From assembly GCA_038087875.1 (NCBI GenBank), contig CM075993.1, positions 6,016,001-6,080,000 on the forward strand: a stretch of 64,000 nt of DNA, written 5' to 3'. The notes beneath the pieces were generated by a model that saw only the letters and a program-made list of their open reading frames with translations, searched no databases and was not told the DNA's origin. Shown here in pieces: positions 59,459 to 64,000 of this stretch (its first letter is position 1; every line of letters begins with the position of its first letter). The translations under genes were made by a program, and so were the position numbers. The stretch comes from Malacoraja senta. Its lineage: Eukaryota.

Positions 59459-62400
59459 CTGTAAAAACATGCAACAACAAGAGAGAACATTTTGATTACC
59501 AAAAGGTGCAGCAATCCGCCAGGTTCGTGAATTCATTCAGAGAGAAGGGCATCACTGACCTGCACACTTACCACACCTCATGAGTGGAACAGGATACAAG
59601 AAATAACAGCACAAGTGGGCCCAATCAGTCCCTGAAGCCTGCTCTGCCATTCAACAAGATCATGGCTCATCTTCTACCCTCAGTGCCATTTTCCTGTCCC
59701 ATTACCATGTCCCTTGCTTCTTCTAATATCCATTGACCTCAGTTCTGAATGCAGTCAGTCACCAATCCTCTACAGCCCGCTTGGACAGAGGATTCAAAAG
59801 ATTCAACCACCTTCCACATGAAGACATTATTGCACCCCTTTCCTTATCAGGCAACAACCAGAGAGCAGTCATGAGCCAATATCTACCTCATTGGAGACCC
59901 TCGGACTATCTTTGACCGAACTTTACTGGTTTTATCTTGCACTAAACGGTATTCACATTATTCCCTTTATCATGTATCTGTACACTGTGGATGGTTCGAT
60001 TGTAATCTTGTAGTATCTTCCCGCAGACAGGTTAGCAAGCAACAAAGGTTTTTCACTGTACATGACAATAAACTAAACTCAACTTATTTTCAGATTGTGA
60101 CTTCTCTACCAGGGGAAATAAACTCCTCACATTGACCACAGGAACTCTTGGGCAACTGACAAGTCAGCGGTATGAAGGCTGATTTCTAATAATTTCAATT
60201 AACCCCCCCTCCCTCACCATAGTCTTCCTGCTAGTTCCACTGTTTGCATCCTTGTAACCCTTCATTATCACCTCTTTCCCAGCCAACAACAGACCATTGT
60301 GGGCTCCACCCTTCATGTTGGTCATCTGTTGCCAGCCCTGCTTTGTTCTGGCCTTTTCTTACCTCCAGTTTCTTTGCCTCTACTTTCAGTCTGAAGAAAG
60401 GTCTCAACCCGAAACATCACCCATCCCTTTTTCGCCAGAGATACTGTGTGACCCGCTGAGTTACTCCAGCACTTTGCGTCTATCTCCGGTATAAGCCAGC
60501 ATCTGCAGTTCCTTTCTCCACAAGAACTCTGTATGTTGCTGCGAAGTCACCTCCCATTCTTCTAACCAGATACAAGCCTACTAGTCTCTCTTCAAATATC
60601 CTAATGCTAATTTCAGTCACTGACTGTGTCCTCCTGGAAGTTGGATACATCACTTGGGGTCAGGATAGAATTAGTTTCCCTGTCTGCATAGAGGGAAATC
60701 CAGCCTGGATCCTCGTTTTTATTGCAATCAAAATTTCCTGTTGAACGAATGGAGATTAAACTTGGTAGGTTTTCCAACTCATTTGCCCTGTTAGATATTA
60801 ACAGTGTGTTAAAGGAGTACCAGGCTTCCAACATGCATATGTTAGCAAGCATCAACTGAAGAGAGAGTTGGGAAGCTGCCAAGAGAAGGGATAGATTTCA
60901 ACATCAACGATAATTTTACATCTGCAGATATCATGTGACATACTTCGTTGACCAAAGTGCTGGCCACACGTGGGTTCTGAAACGTCCTGTAAAATTTGGA
61001 GGGAAGGAAATATAAGGCACATATAAGTGGGCTCAGGCAATACGTGGAATCAAGGGCATTGGGCTGACAATGGTGAAGGAAGAAGACTTGTGGAAAGCAA
61101 CAAGAGGAATTTTAAAAACGAGGCAGGAATTGTTTAAAGTGGAAGAGAGCACAGAGCTCTTATAGAGGTGTACAAAATCATGAGCGGAATAGATCGGGTA
61201 GATGCACAGAGTCTCTCGCCCAGAGTAGGGGAATCGAGGACCAGAGGACATAGGTTCAAGGTGAAGGGGAAAAGATTTAATAGGGATCTGAGAGGTAACT
61301 TTTTCACACAAAGGGTGGTGCGTGTATAGAACAAGCTGCCAGAAGAGGCTGGGTCTATCCCAACGTTTAAGAAACAGTTAGACAGGTACATGGATAGGAC
61401 AGGTTTGGAAGGATATGGACCAAATGCAGGCAGGTGGGACTAGTGCAGCTGGGACATGTTGGCCGGTGTGGGCAAGTTGGGCCGAAGGGCCTATTTCCAC
61501 ACTGTATCACTCTATGACTGTAAAGGTTGGGGATAATGGGTAAGTGGAAGCTACTGTGAACAGAATGTGGGGATAAGAAGCTCACATTTGACAAATCAAT
61601 GGAGGCAGAGAGATAGTGCTATTGCCTTACAGCACCAGGGACCCTGGTTCAATCCTGACCAAGGATGTCTGTACAGATTTCGCATTCTCCCCATGACTGT
61701 GTGGGTTTTCTCTGGGTGCTCTGGTTTCCTCCCACATTCCAAATAGGTGAAGGTTTGTAGGTTGATTGGCTTCCGTAAATTGTCCTTAGTGTGTAGGATA
61801 GAACTGGTGTACGGGCGATCATTGGTCCGTGCGGGCTCAGTGGGCCGAAGGGCCTGTTTCCACACTGTATTTCTAAAACTAAACTAAACCAAACGCCAGG
61901 AAGGGAAGGACAAAATGGTGACACAACTAATCAGGACAAGATCCAGTGACTACAATCACCTCCTGACAACTTCGAGACGGGTGCCAGTCTGAAACATTGT
62001 CTGTCCATTGTCTCCACAGATGCTGCCTCACACCCACTGAGTTCCTCCAACACTTTGTGTTTGCTGTAGAAGGTTAACTCTACCACATGCTCACCTCACT
62101 ACAAAACAGGTTTGTAGATCGGAATAATAGAGGATTACTAAAATGAACCTCAACATTGACTAGTGAAGCTGAAAGGCCGGTTGCTATGTGATTAATATAA
62201 ATATCAACTTACAATGAGCAACAAATACAAGTTATAAAGGTAGAGATTACTCTTTATTACTCTATAAAGGTAGAGATTACTTACTGTGGCTAATCTTCCT
62301 CTTTCCCCTGAGGGTGTTAAATCATGGTAACCCTTTAATATATCTTCCCCTTTGCTCTATCTATTGTACTTGAATTTCACTTGATTTCATTCATGTATAA

Positions 62401-64000
62401 TATTATCTGATCTGTTTGGGTAAGATGCAAAACAATGTTGTTTTCACTGTTCTTTGGTACACATGACAATAATAAACCTAAACCTGTCATTAAGTAGTGT
62501 CACAAAAAGCTGGAGTAACTCAGCGGGACAGGCAGCATCTCTGGAGAGAAGGAATGGGTGACGTTTCGGGTCGAGACCCTTCTTCAGACTGGTTACATCA
62601 CAGAGATGTTGCCTGTCCTGCTGAGTTACTCCAGCTTTTGGTGTCTATCTTGGGGTTTAAACCAGCATCTGCAGTTCCTTCCTACACATTAAGTAGCATC
62701 CATTCTGCAACCTGCCATCTTAGAATTATAATCTTTCCTATCCAGGTGAGGTACAACCTGACTTTGCCCTCCTTAGTCAAGGGGTATCAAACTGCTATAT
62801 ATCTCTGTCACTATCATACAGATTGCAATCAATTCAGACATGAAACACGACTGATAACACCAACATGTCTGTTCAGTGTGTCAAACCTCGCTTATACTCT
62901 ACAAGCAAGTTTAACCTCCAAGTTGACTGTGATCAGCATCTCTGTAAGAAATCCATTCCATTTTACACATTTTCACCCACAAATTGTTACAGCAACTCAA
63001 AGTATCCCAACCAAAGTTTGACAGTCTGATGGGCTCTCATCTTTTATTTCCACATTCGTCATCAGTTTAGATCATTCTTGTGCTGAAAATAACAAGCCGG
63101 GAACAAGTCTAGGAAAATTTGGAAGGACACAAAGTCCTGGAGTAACTCAGCAAGTCCAGCAGCATCAATGGAGAAGATAGATAGACAGGCAACGTTTCGG
63201 GTCGGGACCCTTCTTCAGACTGACTGTCGTGAGAGAAGAAAGCTGGCAGAGAGGAGAGCTAGGACTGGAGTCTGAAGAAGGGTCCTGACCCGAAACCTCA
63301 CCTATCCATGTTCTCCAGAGATGCCGCCAGACCCACTGAGTTACTTTGTGTTCCTTTGTGCAAAGAACCAGAATCTGTAATTCCTTGTTTCTACAGAGGA
63401 AAATTTGAAACGAGAGAGATTTCACTCTGAGGAAGATGCTCCTCAGAGATCATAAAATCTCCAGTCACCTCTCCTTTTGCTGAGGTGTATTTCTGCACAT
63501 CATAAATGTCCCAATAACAAATTAGTGGCAAAATGTAAACTCTCTGCATCCTCACTTGTTAAGGTGCAGCATGTGAAATTCTGATCAGTGTCGTACAAAG
63601 CCAGTGTTGGCATCAAAATCAGACCACAGTATGGGCATGGAACATCACTGGCCATGGGATCTGAGGAGAAATGCCGTAGCTTAATACTGTACACCTTCTG
63701 CTGAGACTGACTTCTGACACAAATTGACTGACCTGCTCAGAATTGTTCTGCTTTTAATCCTAATATCCAGGTGTTTTGTACAGGAAACAGAACACAGTAC
63801 CAATGATAGACACAAAAAGCTGGAGTAACTCAGCGGGACAGGCAGCATCTCTGGAGAGAAGGAATGGGTGACGTTTCGGGTCGAGACCCTAAGAAGGGTC
63901 TCGACTCGAAACGTCACCCATTCCTTCTCTCCAGAGATGCTGCCTGTGCCGCTGAGTTATTCCAGTTTTTCGTGTCGATCTTCGGTTTAAACCAGCATCT

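Overview
Repeat-rich vertebrate genomic DNA, most likely from a cartilaginous fish (skate/ray-like, inferred from the HE1-type SINE, CR1 and Penelope repeat content). Four multi-exon genes lie head-to-tail on the minus strand. From right to left they are: the 3' exons of a TTLL13/TTLL6-like polyglutamylase, NGRN (3 exons), VPS33B (exons 7-23; exons 1-6 are not visible and presumably lie in the 200-N gap) and PRC1 (exons 1-9, running off the left edge). An intron-containing tRNA-Tyr(GTA), probably decayed, sits antisense in PRC1 intron 1. Main points of interest: (1) a PRC1 G2/M promoter (CHR, CCAAT, CRE, GC box, NRF1) followed by a ~750-bp minisatellite carrying 12 Myb-consensus sites; (2) four 19-35 bp palindromic micro-insertions with 8-bp target-site duplications around NGRN exon 1; (3) about 20 Penelope-derived repeats with a minimal hammerhead-ribozyme-like core; (4) a duplicated NGRN presequence-like segment containing a (GGCCTG)n array and out of frame with the rest of the gene; (5) a +1 frameshift in VPS33B exon 8; (6) a GC-AG intron in PRC1; (7) a solo LTR nested in a hAT MITE nested in a Penelope fragment. 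All calls were made by eye, and homology statements rely on recalled sequences rather than searches.
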